Below are positions 39,473 to 48,553 of a DNA stretch of 64,000 nucleotides, one piece after another. Under the pieces are notes generated by a model, which had not been told where the DNA came from, made no database searches, and saw nothing but the letters and a program-made list of their open reading frames with translations. The stretch lies in the NCBI GenBank assembly GCA_963780165.1, contig CAWABB010000006.1:395499-459498 (forward strand), read 5' to 3'. This stretch comes from an uncultured Ignavibacteria bacterium (lineage in GTDB: Bacteria > Bacteroidota > Ignavibacteria > UBA10030 > UBA6906). The position numbers were made by a program, and so were the translations under genes. Every line of letters begins with the position of its first letter. The first letter of the stretch is position 1.

Positions 39473-40387
39473 TTGGGAGGACAGGGCCGCACGCCTATGG
39501 CACCGGCACGCAGGAAAGGGACGAACGGGAAGGGGGAGTATCTGGATCTGAAAGCGTTGATTCAGTCCAGGTACCCCTCTCTTCCCGGGAACCAGCGCAA
39601 GATCGCGGACTACCTGATACAGCACCTCCAGGAAGCGCCGTTTCTCACGGTCGTTGACCTGGAGCGGCGGACGGGCACGAGTCGCGCGACAGTCGTCCGG
39701 TTCGCCCGCCGTATCGGGTTCGCGGGCTTCCAGGAGCTCCGGTCTCGCCTGGTGGGCAGCCTGCAAACGCAACTCACCCCCGGGGCGGCGTTCCCCGTCC
39801 CGGCGGGCAGAGGCAACGGCGACACGCTCACGCTGGTCGCCCAGCAGGACGTCAGAAATATCAACCTGACGATCAGCCAGCTCGAGCGGGAATCCTTCGC
39901 CGAAATCGCGGGCATGATCCTGAAGGCGGGCCGCGTGCACACTGCGGGGCTCGGGATTTCCTCCCTGATGTCACAGATTCTCGCGTACTCGCTCAACCAG
40001 GTCGCCGTGCGCGCGCTCCCGTTCGTGCACGACTACGAGACGTTCATGGAGCAGCTGGCCTTCGTGAGCGGCCACGATCTGCTCATCGTATTCTCCTTTC
40101 CACCGTATTCGCGGGAAACCATCGACCTGGCGCGGGCCGCAGAAGCCCGGAAGATCCCGGTCGTCGCGCTGACCGACAGGGTGACGTCGCCGGTCAGCTT
40201 TCACGCGACCAGAGTCCTGGCAATTCGCAGCCAGAACATGCTGTTCACGAATTCGTTTTCAGCAATTTCAGTCGTCATCAATGCGCTCGTCACAGAAGTC
40301 GCGCTCCGGAACAGGGTCAAGGCCCTCCGGCTGCAGCGACAGATCGAGAAGCTTCTGAAGGACACCGGGCATTTTGCCCCCGAGTGA
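39473..40387 (+). CDS. MurR/RpiR-family transcriptional regulator (HTH_6 + SIS domain)
   Basis: 304 aa. N-terminal RpiR HTH (LPGNQRKIADYLIQHL...VVDLERRTGTSRATVVRFARRIGFAGFQEL). C-terminal SIS sugar-phosphate-binding fold. Confidence 0.8.
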   Translation: MGGQGRTPMAPARRKGTNGKGEYLDLKALIQSRYPSLPGNQRKIADYLIQHLQEAPFLTVVDLERRTGTSRATVVRFARRIGFAGFQELRSRLVGSLQTQLTPGAAFPVPAGRGNGDTLTLVAQQDVRNINLTISQLERESFAEIAGMILKAGRVHTAGLGISSLMSQILAYSLNQVAVRALPFVHDYETFMEQLAFVSGHDLLIVFSFPPYSRETIDLARAAEARKIPVVALTDRVTSPVSFHATRVLAIRSQNMLFTNSFSAISVVINALVTEVALRNRVKALRLQRQIEKLLKDTGHFAPE

Positions 40388-40526
40388 CCCCGGAGGCCGT
40401 CCCGCGCGCAGTCGGTCCGTGCGGGAGCGCAGTGTGAGAGCTTGCTGTTGCCCCCCATCCGACCGATATACAAGTGGAGGGGCTTCCCGCGTCAGCGGGA
40501 CTCGTTCCAACTTTCAACAAGATGTG

Positions 40527-40558
40527 GTGCCGTTCAAGGGTTTTGGTGAAACGGCACC
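40527..40558 (+). promoter_or_regulatory. 9-bp stem hairpin (ggtgccgtt ... aacggcacc, 14-nt loop) in the 5' leader ~25 nt upstream of the TonB-dependent receptor start
   Basis: Read directly; followed by aggagaag RBS and ATG 40581. Confidence 0.3.
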
Positions 40559-40580
40559 TGTCAGGCCAGAAGGAGAAGCC

Positions 40581-43046
40581 ATGCGCAGGGCTCTAATCCT
40601 CGCCGTCATCACCCCCATCCTCATCCTCCCGGCTCCGCTCCTGGCGGGCACGACAGGGAAAATCCGCGGCCACATCACCGAGCGTGCGTCCGGTGAGGGG
40701 CTTGCGGGGGCAAACGTGTCGGTGGTCGGCACCCAGCTCGGGGCCGCCACGAAGTTCGACGGAGAGTACATCATCCTCAATGTGCCACCAGGCGCATACG
40801 AGCTCCGGGCGACCATGGTGGGCTACGGCCCGATAACGGTCCGCCAGGTCCGCGTCGTCGCGGACCAGACTACCACGATCGATGCCCAGATGTCTGAGTC
40901 GGCTGTGGAGCTCGCAGATGTGATCGTGCAAGCGGAACGCCCGATGGTTCAGCGCGACCTCACCGCCACGCAGGCGGTCGTCTCGTCGGAGCAGATCAAG
41001 CAGCTTCCGGTGAGAAACTTCACGGAGGTCGTCCAGATCCAGGCCGGCGTGGTGGGCGACGGGAACACGCTGCACATCCGCGGAGGCCGGGGCAACGAGG
41101 TCGCCTACCTCATTGACGGAATGTACGTCCGGGATCCGGTGATGGGCACGCTTGGCACGGCCATCAATAACGACGCCATTTCCGAGCTGAACACGCTCAG
41201 CGGAACGTTCAATGCTGAATACGGCAACGCGCTGAGCGGCGTTGTGAACATCGTCACCAAAGAGGGCGGCAGCAGGTTCGCGGGTAGCTTCGAAGCACGC
41301 ACCAGCGAGTTCGGGTTTTCGCCATACAAGGAGATGAGGGAAAACCGCATTTCGGGAACGGTGGGCGGGCCGATCACCGGCGATGATTTCACATTCTTCG
41401 CGAGCGGCGAACGGGATGCCAGGAGCAGCTGGCTTCCCTATGGCTCAGAGTCAGTCATCTCGGGGATCGCAAAACTCGCCGTGCGTCCGGTCCCCTCTTT
41501 GAAGGTCGTGACCACCGGCCGGTACTCCGAGATCTTCCGCCGGCCATACAGCCACGAATGGAAATACATCCCGGACCAGTACCTCCGCCAACGGGAGTAC
41601 AGCCGCCAGGGGATCCTCGCGCTGACTCACACGGTTGCACCGAATCTCTTCTATGATGTCCGGTTTTCGTATTTCAACCAGTCCTACTACTCGGGACTCG
41701 ACAAAGACACGTCGCTCTACATTTCCGCGACGAATTGGCTGTGGGGGCCCCAGGGCAATGGGCGCGAATTCTGGAGCCTCGCCGATCCGCTGGACATCAC
41801 GAACAATAAGACGGAGACGTTCGACTTCAAGGCCGACATGGTCTGGCAGCTCGGACGCATCAATGAGCTCAAGACCGGGATCCAGCTGAAGAAGTACAAC
41901 CTGCGGTATGTCAACATCTACGACCCGACGCGGGATAACCCGTACGTCACTGATTTCACGAAGAACCCGGTTGAGGCCGCTGCATACTTCCAGGATAAGA
42001 TAGAACTGCAGTCCCTCATTGTGAACCTCGGCCTCAGACTGGATTACATGAACCAGCGCTCGCCGTATCGTTCCGACCCGCTCGACCCGACTTCCGTTGT
42101 CCAGTCAACGCCGAAAGCGCAGTGGAGCCCGCGGCTGGGAGTGGCCCACCCTATCAGCGACCGGACGTCGCTGCACTTTTCCTACGGCCACTTCTTCCAG
42201 ATTCCAACCTACGACCGATTCTTCGAGAACTCGCAATACGACATCTCCGTTCGTGAGCCGCTGTTCGGGAACCCCAACCTGGACGCAGAGCGGAAGATTT
42301 CCTACGAGGTCGGGCTTTCACATCAGTTCACCGCCACGCTCGCCGGGACATTTACGGCTCAGTATACAGACGTCACGGGACTCATCGGCACGCAGTACTA
42401 CTACCCGTTCGTAGGGGGGCGGTACATAGGGTACACAGTCTACGTGAACGACGACTATGCGAACGTCCGCGGATTCGAGGTCAGCCTCGTCCTCCGCCGC
42501 ACATACCATGTCTCCGGATCGCTGACCTACACGTACATGTCTGCTCGTGGGAGCGCCTCCTCTGAAACGGAGGATTACCCGGCCGTCTACAAGTCGACCA
42601 GCCTCTATCCCCTCGATTGGGACCGGAATCATATCCTGAACGTCACTGTGAGCCTGGGTTGGGATGCCGACGAGGGCCCGGAGGTCTTGGGGATCAAGCC
42701 GCTGGAGAATACAAACTGGAACTTCCTTTTCCGCGCAGCCAGCGGCCTCCCGTACACTCCATCCGGGCGGGATATCTCGTTTGTCCCCAAGAACTCGGCG
42801 AGAATTCCTGCAAACCTCCAGCTCGATTTCGAGCTGCTCAAGGAGTGGAGAATACGGCCGATTACCTTCGGAGTCTTCTTCGAGGCCTTGAATATCCTTG
42901 GGAAGGAAAACGTCCGGAGTGTCTATACGGATACGGGGTTGCCGGATTTCACCACCTTCGGCAATCACTCGGCCGAATACATGGCCGACCCCAGCAATTA
43001 CTATGCGCCGCGCCGACTCCGTGTCGGCGTGCGGCTCATGTTCTGA
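40581..43046 (+). CDS. TonB-dependent outer-membrane receptor with N-terminal carboxypeptidase-regulatory-like domain (SusC/RagA-like architecture)
   Basis: ORF 40374..43046. ATG 40581 after AGGAGA. Signal peptide MRRALILAVITPILILPAPLLAG. CarbopepD_reg-like block (GKIRGHITERASGEGLAGANVSVVGT...YILNVPPGAYELRATMVGY). Plug and 22-strand barrel blocks, ending ...RLRVGVRLMF. Confidence 0.85.
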   Translation: MRRALILAVITPILILPAPLLAGTTGKIRGHITERASGEGLAGANVSVVGTQLGAATKFDGEYIILNVPPGAYELRATMVGYGPITVRQVRVVADQTTTIDAQMSESAVELADVIVQAERPMVQRDLTATQAVVSSEQIKQLPVRNFTEVVQIQAGVVGDGNTLHIRGGRGNEVAYLIDGMYVRDPVMGTLGTAINNDAISELNTLSGTFNAEYGNALSGVVNIVTKEGGSRFAGSFEARTSEFGFSPYKEMRENRISGTVGGPITGDDFTFFASGERDARSSWLPYGSESVISGIAKLAVRPVPSLKVVTTGRYSEIFRRPYSHEWKYIPDQYLRQREYSRQGILALTHTVAPNLFYDVRFSYFNQSYYSGLDKDTSLYISATNWLWGPQGNGREFWSLADPLDITNNKTETFDFKADMVWQLGRINELKTGIQLKKYNLRYVNIYDPTRDNPYVTDFTKNPVEAAAYFQDKIELQSLIVNLGLRLDYMNQRSPYRSDPLDPTSVVQSTPKAQWSPRLGVAHPISDRTSLHFSYGHFFQIPTYDRFFENSQYDISVREPLFGNPNLDAERKISYEVGLSHQFTATLAGTFTAQYTDVTGLIGTQYYYPFVGGRYIGYTVYVNDDYANVRGFEVSLVLRRTYHVSGSLTYTYMSARGSASSETEDYPAVYKSTSLYPLDWDRNHILNVTVSLGWDADEGPEVLGIKPLENTNWNFLFRAASGLPYTPSGRDISFVPKNSARIPANLQLDFELLKEWRIRPITFGVFFEALNILGKENVRSVYTDTGLPDFTTFGNHSAEYMADPSNYYAPRRLRVGVRLMF

Positions 43047-43092
43047 CAGAGGCTCAGCCATGCACTCACCAGTTAAAGGAGTACCCGCAACC

Positions 43093-45909
43093 ATGAAATG
43101 GTTGAGCGTGTGTTGCCTCGCATTCCTCTCGATCGTGACGGCGCCTACGGCGGGGGCACAGTCAAGGAAGGCGCAGGAGGAGCGAGAGCGCCTTCTCGAA
43201 AAGCCGGAGTCAATCTTCGACCGTGCGCTCGGCATCCACAGCCGCAGCAACATCGGTCACTCGTTCGAGAACCGCGGAAAGCAGTACCCGCGGAGGTCGT
43301 ACTTCGACCAGGGCATCGTGTCGGGGGAATTTCCCATCGGGAGCCAACGCGAATACATCTACCGTGCGAACCCGTACGTGGGAATTCCGGGAAACGTGAT
43401 CCAGGGCCGCTGGCGTGAGAACGAAGAATGGGAGGCGGTCGCAGGGTATCACAACCGGGACAGCGCACGCGTGGCCGTCTCCACGAAACCCTACACATGG
43501 CCCGCGACAGGCTGGCCGGTCAGGGACGCCCAGGGGAATCCCGTCTTTGTCTCAGACGAGGACACCTACTGCGTCTATAGCGATTCCAACAATACGGTCT
43601 CCAGGCTCGGCATTCAGATAAACCAGACCGGGTATGCGTTCAGCTACAAGAGCGTGCGTAACTTGATCGTTTTCATCTATCAGATCGTCAATAGATCGAC
43701 CACCACGTATCCGGACCTCTACTTTGGCATGTATGCCGATTGTGACGTCGGGAATACGGTCGGAGAGGGCACCGATGAATGGGTCGATGATCGAATAGGG
43801 TTCGACAAGTCCCTGGAACTGGTGTACTACTACGACGACGGCTATACTGCCGACTGGGCAGGCGGGAGAACTGGCTACTTCGGGGTCACCTTTCTGCAGA
43901 CTCCCGCCGTCAATGACTCCCAGCTCGGAATCACGGACTGGCATAACTTCATGCTCGAAGATGACATCGACAAGGATGCGCTCGAGTATGCAATCATGAC
44001 CAGCTCCGATTCCCTGTACCGGTCGCCGGACGGGTTCCGGTATTTCCACGTTGGTCCAAACCCCACAAGTCTTCACTATGATGACCCGTCCATCATCCCG
44101 CCGGAGGGATATCAGGATGTCGCGTTCCTGAGTTCGGGACCGTACACGCTGAACGGTGGCGACACACTCACGTTCGTGACTGCCTTCGTCGCCGGAAACA
44201 CGGAAGCCGAGCTCAAGGCGGTGACGCGTCGTGCGTTCGACCTCGTGGCGGACGGATACCTGACGCCAAAGCCGCCGCCCTCGCCAAACGTCAGTGCGCT
44301 GGAAGGTGACCGCCGCGCGACCATCACCTGGGATAACCTCCCGGAGTCGGCGCGAGACCCGGTCACTGGCTACATGGACTTTGAGGGATACCGTCTCTAC
44401 AAGAGCACCGACCGCGGGCAACACTGGGATCAGTTCGACCGGAATCAGTTCCCGGAGCTCGGGGCGACTCCCGTGCCGCTCGGCGAGTTTGACAAGGGCA
44501 ACGGCATCGGCGAAGACAAAGGGCTTCAGTATCTCTTCGTCGACAGCAGCCTCGTGAATGGCTTTGAGTACTGGTACTCCGTCACAGCCTACGATGCCGG
44601 CGATTCTGTCAACGAGAGCCTTGAAAGCCCTCGGGGCAACACCGTGGACGAGCCGAACGTCGTCAAGGTGATCCCCCGCAGCGCAGCCGTGGGGCGCATA
44701 CCGGTCGGCAACACGGCGGTGGCGCACGAGGGGGCGTCCAACGCAGTGGTGACGGTTCAGACACAGGACGTGAACCAGGCCGGTGGCAAGGCCTACGAGG
44801 TGCTGTTCGCGCCGGCTAGCGAGATCATCAGCGGTAATCTGATGAGCGCGATCGAGGTCAGCCTTGACTCTGTCTACCCCCGCGCAGCCCGAACCTACGC
44901 GCTCGTCTTCATCTCACCAACCACGTACAAGGTCTGGGACCTCTCCATCAACAGACTTCAGATCCGGTCGGCCCCGTACGTCTCTGGTCAGCCGATCAGG
45001 TTCAACGGGCTCCGCATCGTCCTGACCGACACCACGACAGTTCCCGATTTCCTGCCGCAGGCGGGCGACTCAGTCCTCTTCTCGGTGGGCTTGTCAATGC
45101 GCGCCAACGGCATCGAGACACTCCCGCTCCGGAGACTCTCGTTCGGGACAACATATGTCGACTCGCTCGGAGTACTGCTCCGCTTTGATCCTATCCCCCC
45201 CATCGCATCAGTGCAACAGGTGGTCGGATCGAACCCGCTCAACGTCGTCGCCGCGCCGGTGGACACGTCGCAGATCGTGACGCAGACCTACACGCTGACC
45301 GTCGATAGCGTCTACCCCGCCGACGCCACCGGGTTGAACTATCTCCTGAGCGTCATCCTGACGGATGCAGGGGGCCGACGAGTTTCAAGCGATGCCGCAC
45401 TGCCAAGCGGAGGCATCGTGAGCGGGCCGGGCGACCCGGCAGCGTTCGAACTTACGATCACGTTCAGGAGCGACGATCTTCGCCCCACCGTCGGGACGAA
45501 GGTCGAGATCAAGACGGTCGGGCAGATACCCCTCACCTACGCTGATCACTATTCCTTCCAGACCACGGCTGCAGGCGAGGACGCTGTCACCATCGCTTCA
45601 GGGCTGGAGCGGATCAAGGTAGTCCCGAATCCCTACATCGTCAGCTCGCTGTACGAGGAAGAGTTCGGCGCTTCGCGCCGCGAGCCGATTCGGCAGTTGA
45701 AATTCAACAACCTGCCGTCGCGGTGCACGATCACGATCTTCACGATGGATGGCGATCGCATCAAGACGATCCATCACGAAAGCGACAACGGTACGGAAAC
45801 CTGGGATATGCGGGGTGACGGGGGGAGAGAGATTGCCTCAGGAGTCTACATCTATCTCGTCCAGACTGACGCCGGCGAGCGTATTGACCGCTTCGCGGTA
45901 ATCAAGTAG
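43093..45909 (+). CDS. large secreted cell-surface protein (938 aa) with fibronectin-III-like domain and T9SS-type C-terminal sorting domain
   Basis: ORF 42898..45909. ATG 43093 with signal peptide MKWLSVCCLAFLSIVTAPTAGAQ. FN3-like segment (ATITWDNLPESARDPVTGYMDFEGYRLYKSTDRGQHW...NGFEYWYSVTAYDAGD). C-terminal VVPNPYIVSSL...CTITIFTMDGDRIKTI...SGVYIYLVQTDAGERIDRFAVIK resembles Por CTDs. Confidence 0.6.
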   Translation: MKWLSVCCLAFLSIVTAPTAGAQSRKAQEERERLLEKPESIFDRALGIHSRSNIGHSFENRGKQYPRRSYFDQGIVSGEFPIGSQREYIYRANPYVGIPGNVIQGRWRENEEWEAVAGYHNRDSARVAVSTKPYTWPATGWPVRDAQGNPVFVSDEDTYCVYSDSNNTVSRLGIQINQTGYAFSYKSVRNLIVFIYQIVNRSTTTYPDLYFGMYADCDVGNTVGEGTDEWVDDRIGFDKSLELVYYYDDGYTADWAGGRTGYFGVTFLQTPAVNDSQLGITDWHNFMLEDDIDKDALEYAIMTSSDSLYRSPDGFRYFHVGPNPTSLHYDDPSIIPPEGYQDVAFLSSGPYTLNGGDTLTFVTAFVAGNTEAELKAVTRRAFDLVADGYLTPKPPPSPNVSALEGDRRATITWDNLPESARDPVTGYMDFEGYRLYKSTDRGQHWDQFDRNQFPELGATPVPLGEFDKGNGIGEDKGLQYLFVDSSLVNGFEYWYSVTAYDAGDSVNESLESPRGNTVDEPNVVKVIPRSAAVGRIPVGNTAVAHEGASNAVVTVQTQDVNQAGGKAYEVLFAPASEIISGNLMSAIEVSLDSVYPRAARTYALVFISPTTYKVWDLSINRLQIRSAPYVSGQPIRFNGLRIVLTDTTTVPDFLPQAGDSVLFSVGLSMRANGIETLPLRRLSFGTTYVDSLGVLLRFDPIPPIASVQQVVGSNPLNVVAAPVDTSQIVTQTYTLTVDSVYPADATGLNYLLSVILTDAGGRRVSSDAALPSGGIVSGPGDPAAFELTITFRSDDLRPTVGTKVEIKTVGQIPLTYADHYSFQTTAAGEDAVTIASGLERIKVVPNPYIVSSLYEEEFGASRREPIRQLKFNNLPSRCTITIFTMDGDRIKTIHHESDNGTETWDMRGDGGREIASGVYIYLVQTDAGERIDRFAVIK

Positions 45910-45918
45910 GAGGCCACG

Positions 45919-46923
45919 ATGAACAACTTCATACGCATCGGATGCATCGCACTGGGCCTCCTCGCTTACCAGACGGCTGTTGCCGAAAATCCGAATATTG
46001 GCACCGCCGGCGCACAGTTCCTTCAGATTCCGGTAGGCGCACGGGCCACCGCCATGGGCGGCGCAGTTGTCGGACACATCAACGACGCGTCGTCCCTGTT
46101 CTGGAATCCGGCAGGGATCGTGGGCGTCCCCTCCGGGTCCCTCTTCGCCGGCTACACCTCGTGGTGGGCCTCCGTAGGCCTGAGCCATGCGGCGTTTGTC
46201 TACTCCATCGGGGATGTCGGATCGTTCGGCGTCTCGGCCACCATGCTGGGGATGGACGCCATGGCTGTTACGACCGAGCTCCAGCCCGAAGGGACGGGCG
46301 AGTCGTTTGATGCCCGGGACCTGATGGTCGGGATCTCATATGCCCGGCGGCTCACGGATGACTTCAGCGTCGGGGTGACAGCAAAGTACGTCTATCAATC
46401 GATCTGGCGGGAAAGCGCGTCGGGAATCGCTTTCGATGTCGGTACGCAATACCGCATCGGCGTAGGAGACCTGACCCTGGCGATGGCCATGACGAATTTC
46501 GGCGCCGATATGAAGATGGACGGACAGGATCTGGACATCAAATACGACGCGAGTACCGACGGCCCCAACAATCGCCTGTCGCCCGCCCGCCTGGAGTCAG
46601 AGGAATTCCCCCTCCCCCTCCATTTCCAGGTGGGGATATCCATGACGGTGATCGATCTCGAGGAGGTGGGAGTGCTGCTGGCGGTGGACGTCACGCACCC
46701 GAATGATACACGCGAGCGGGTGAACCTGGGGACAGAAGTGCGGGTCCTGCAGAACTTCTTCCTGCGGGGCGGGTACCGCATCAATTACGATATCGAATCG
46801 GGGACGATGGGCGCCGGCGTGCGGGTACCCGTAGGCGATTTGCGGGTCAACTTCGACTACGCCTACGCGATCTACGACATGCTCCCGAGCATTCACAGGA
46901 TCTCGCTCGGGGTGGATTTCTAG
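45919..46923 (+). CDS. PorV/PorQ-like (FadL/OMPP1 superfamily) outer-membrane beta-barrel, T9SS-associated shuttle-type protein
   Basis: 334 aa. Signal peptide. The N-terminal motif GAQFLQIPVGARATAMGGAVVGHINDASSLFWNPAGI is the PorV/FadL-family signature. C-terminal aromatic residues (...SLGVDF). Starts 10 nt after the previous gene. Confidence 0.6.
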   Translation: MNNFIRIGCIALGLLAYQTAVAENPNIGTAGAQFLQIPVGARATAMGGAVVGHINDASSLFWNPAGIVGVPSGSLFAGYTSWWASVGLSHAAFVYSIGDVGSFGVSATMLGMDAMAVTTELQPEGTGESFDARDLMVGISYARRLTDDFSVGVTAKYVYQSIWRESASGIAFDVGTQYRIGVGDLTLAMAMTNFGADMKMDGQDLDIKYDASTDGPNNRLSPARLESEEFPLPLHFQVGISMTVIDLEEVGVLLAVDVTHPNDTRERVNLGTEVRVLQNFFLRGGYRINYDIESGTMGAGVRVPVGDLRVNFDYAYAIYDMLPSIHRISLGVDF

Positions 46924-46973
46924 CAGTCGTCTGTCGAGGCGGCGCCGCAAGGCGCTGCACCCTCCCATCGCAC

Positions 46974-47006
46974 AAACGCCGGGCATCACCCGGCGTTTGC
47001 GTTCTG
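46974..47006 (+). terminator. terminator-like hairpin (aaacgccggg-catca-cccggcgttt) with weak T-tract
   Basis: Read directly; sits between the convergent PorV-like and DAHP synthase genes. Confidence 0.4.
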
Positions 47007-47121
47007 TACACGTCCGCTCCACTTTGAAGCCTGACTCGCGCCCCACCCACCAGCTGGTCAGACAGACGGCTGGGCGCAGTGCGCGTTCCAACTATCGACA
47101 ACACACGACGTCATATTAGGA

Positions 47122-48144
47122 TTATCTTGGAACGGCATTAGTTCGCAGTGCGCGCGAGAGATGCTGCACCCTCTGCATGAGGTCGCGGAATCCGTCGGGG
47201 GTCAGCGACTGTTCCCCGTCCGAGAGCGCCCGGGCGGGGTCGGGGTGGACTTCAACAATCAGGCCGTCCGCTCCGGCGGCAACCGCCGCAAGGCTCATCG
47301 GCAGGACAAGGTCTTGCCGGCCGGTGCCGTGGCTCGGGTCGACCAGGATCGGGAGGTGCGAGAGGAGGTGCACCGCGGGCACGATGTTCAGGTCGAGCGT
47401 GTTCCGGGTGTATTCGACGAACGTCCTGATCCCGCGCTCGCATAGCACGACCTGCTGATTGCCGCCCGAGAGGATGTACTCGGCGCTCATCAGGAGCTCG
47501 TTCAGCGTCGCAGAGAAATGGCGTTTCAGGAGAATCGGCTTCTTGATCCGCGCCAGTGATCGGAGGAGCTTCGTGTTGTGCATGTTCCGCGCTCCGACCT
47601 GCATCATGTCGGCATACTCCGCGACCATCTCCACTTCGCCGGACTCCATCACCTCCGTCACGATGCCGAGCCCGGTCTTCTCCCTCACGTTCGCCAGTAT
47701 CCGGAGGCCGTCCTCCCCTAACCCTTGAAATGCATAGGGGCTGGTTCTCGGCTTATAGGCGCCGCCGCGCAAAAGCCGTGCGCCGGCCTGCTTGACCGCG
47801 ATGGCGGTCGTGAGGACCTGCTCCTCCGTCTCCACCGAGCACGGCCCGGCAATGACCACGAGGTCGCCCCCGCCGATCCGTACCCCGGCCACATCGACCA
47901 CCGTATTCTCTTGCCGGAACTCCCGGCTCGCAAGCTTGTACGGCTTCAGGATCGGGATGACATCCTCGACGTGCGGCAACATCCCGAGCTGCTCTTTGCG
48001 GATGAGGCGCTCGTCGCCGATCACGCCGATGATCGTGCGCTCGACTCCCCGCGACACATGCGCCTGGAGTCCGAGCCTCGTGATCTGATCAACAACTGTC
48101 TGGGTGTCAGCCTCGGTGGAATGAGACTTCATTACGACGATCAT
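47122..48144 (-). CDS. 3-deoxy-7-phosphoheptulonate (DAHP) synthase, KDSA-like type I-beta with N-terminal regulatory domain
   Basis: 340 aa. N-terminal ~70-aa ferredoxin-like extension. DAHPS core (GPCSVE, KPRTSPY, LLSHLPILVDPSHGTG). Confidence 0.85.
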   Translation of the reverse strand: MIVVMKSHSTEADTQTVVDQITRLGLQAHVSRGVERTIIGVIGDERLIRKEQLGMLPHVEDVIPILKPYKLASREFRQENTVVDVAGVRIGGGDLVVIAGPCSVETEEQVLTTAIAVKQAGARLLRGGAYKPRTSPYAFQGLGEDGLRILANVREKTGLGIVTEVMESGEVEMVAEYADMMQVGARNMHNTKLLRSLARIKKPILLKRHFSATLNELLMSAEYILSGGNQQVVLCERGIRTFVEYTRNTLDLNIVPAVHLLSHLPILVDPSHGTGRQDLVLPMSLAAVAAGADGLIVEVHPDPARALSDGEQSLTPDGFRDLMQRVQHLSRALRTNAVPR

Positions 48145-48181
48145 ACGTGCTCCCTATCCGACGAACAAGCCGCCCACACCG

Positions 48182-48221
48182 CGCCCACACGTGCGTCACC
48201 TAGGTGACGCACGTGTGGGCG
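48182..48221. repeat. palindromic element copy A1 (40-bp perfect inverted repeat, core GCGTCACCTAGGTGACGC)
   Basis: gcccacacgtGCGTCACCTAGGTGACGCacgtgtgggc read directly; symmetric about CCTAGG. Confidence 0.85.
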
Positions 48222-48359
48222 GTGTGCACTGGAGGGACTGGGCTTCGGTTACGCCCGTGAGCGGTGGAATGATACTACGTACGAAAGAGTAGAAAGAGAA
48301 TCAAGGAAACCGCCCAAATTGCTGCAAATTCGGGGCATCCACGAAACACGACGTGCATC

Positions 48360-48389
48360 CCGTGAGCGTCACCTAGGTGACGCTCACGG
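48360..48389. repeat. palindromic element copy B2 (30-bp perfect inverted repeat, same core)
   Basis: ccgtgaGCGTCACCTAGGTGACGCtcacgg. Confidence 0.85.
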
Positions 48390-48409
48390 TGATGGAGGTC
48401 ATGGGGGAC

Positions 48410-48440
48410 TTGCAAAGTGTTGTTAGGAGTAGTAGATTTG
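48410..48440 (+). promoter_or_regulatory. putative fadL promoter: TTGCAA-N17-TAGATT, with the -10 region also matching the FCB-type TAnnTTTG motif (TAGATTTG)
   Basis: Read at 48410-48440, ~115 bp upstream of the fadL ATG, in a locally AT-richer stretch. Confidence 0.35.
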
Positions 48441-48553
48441 GGGCACTTCGGACTGTTGAGATTGTCTACACTTCGTGGTGAGCTGGCAGCGATCTCGATT
48501 CTTTCTGTTCCTTCCACAATCCACATCCTCATCTACCAAACCTAGGAGCACTT

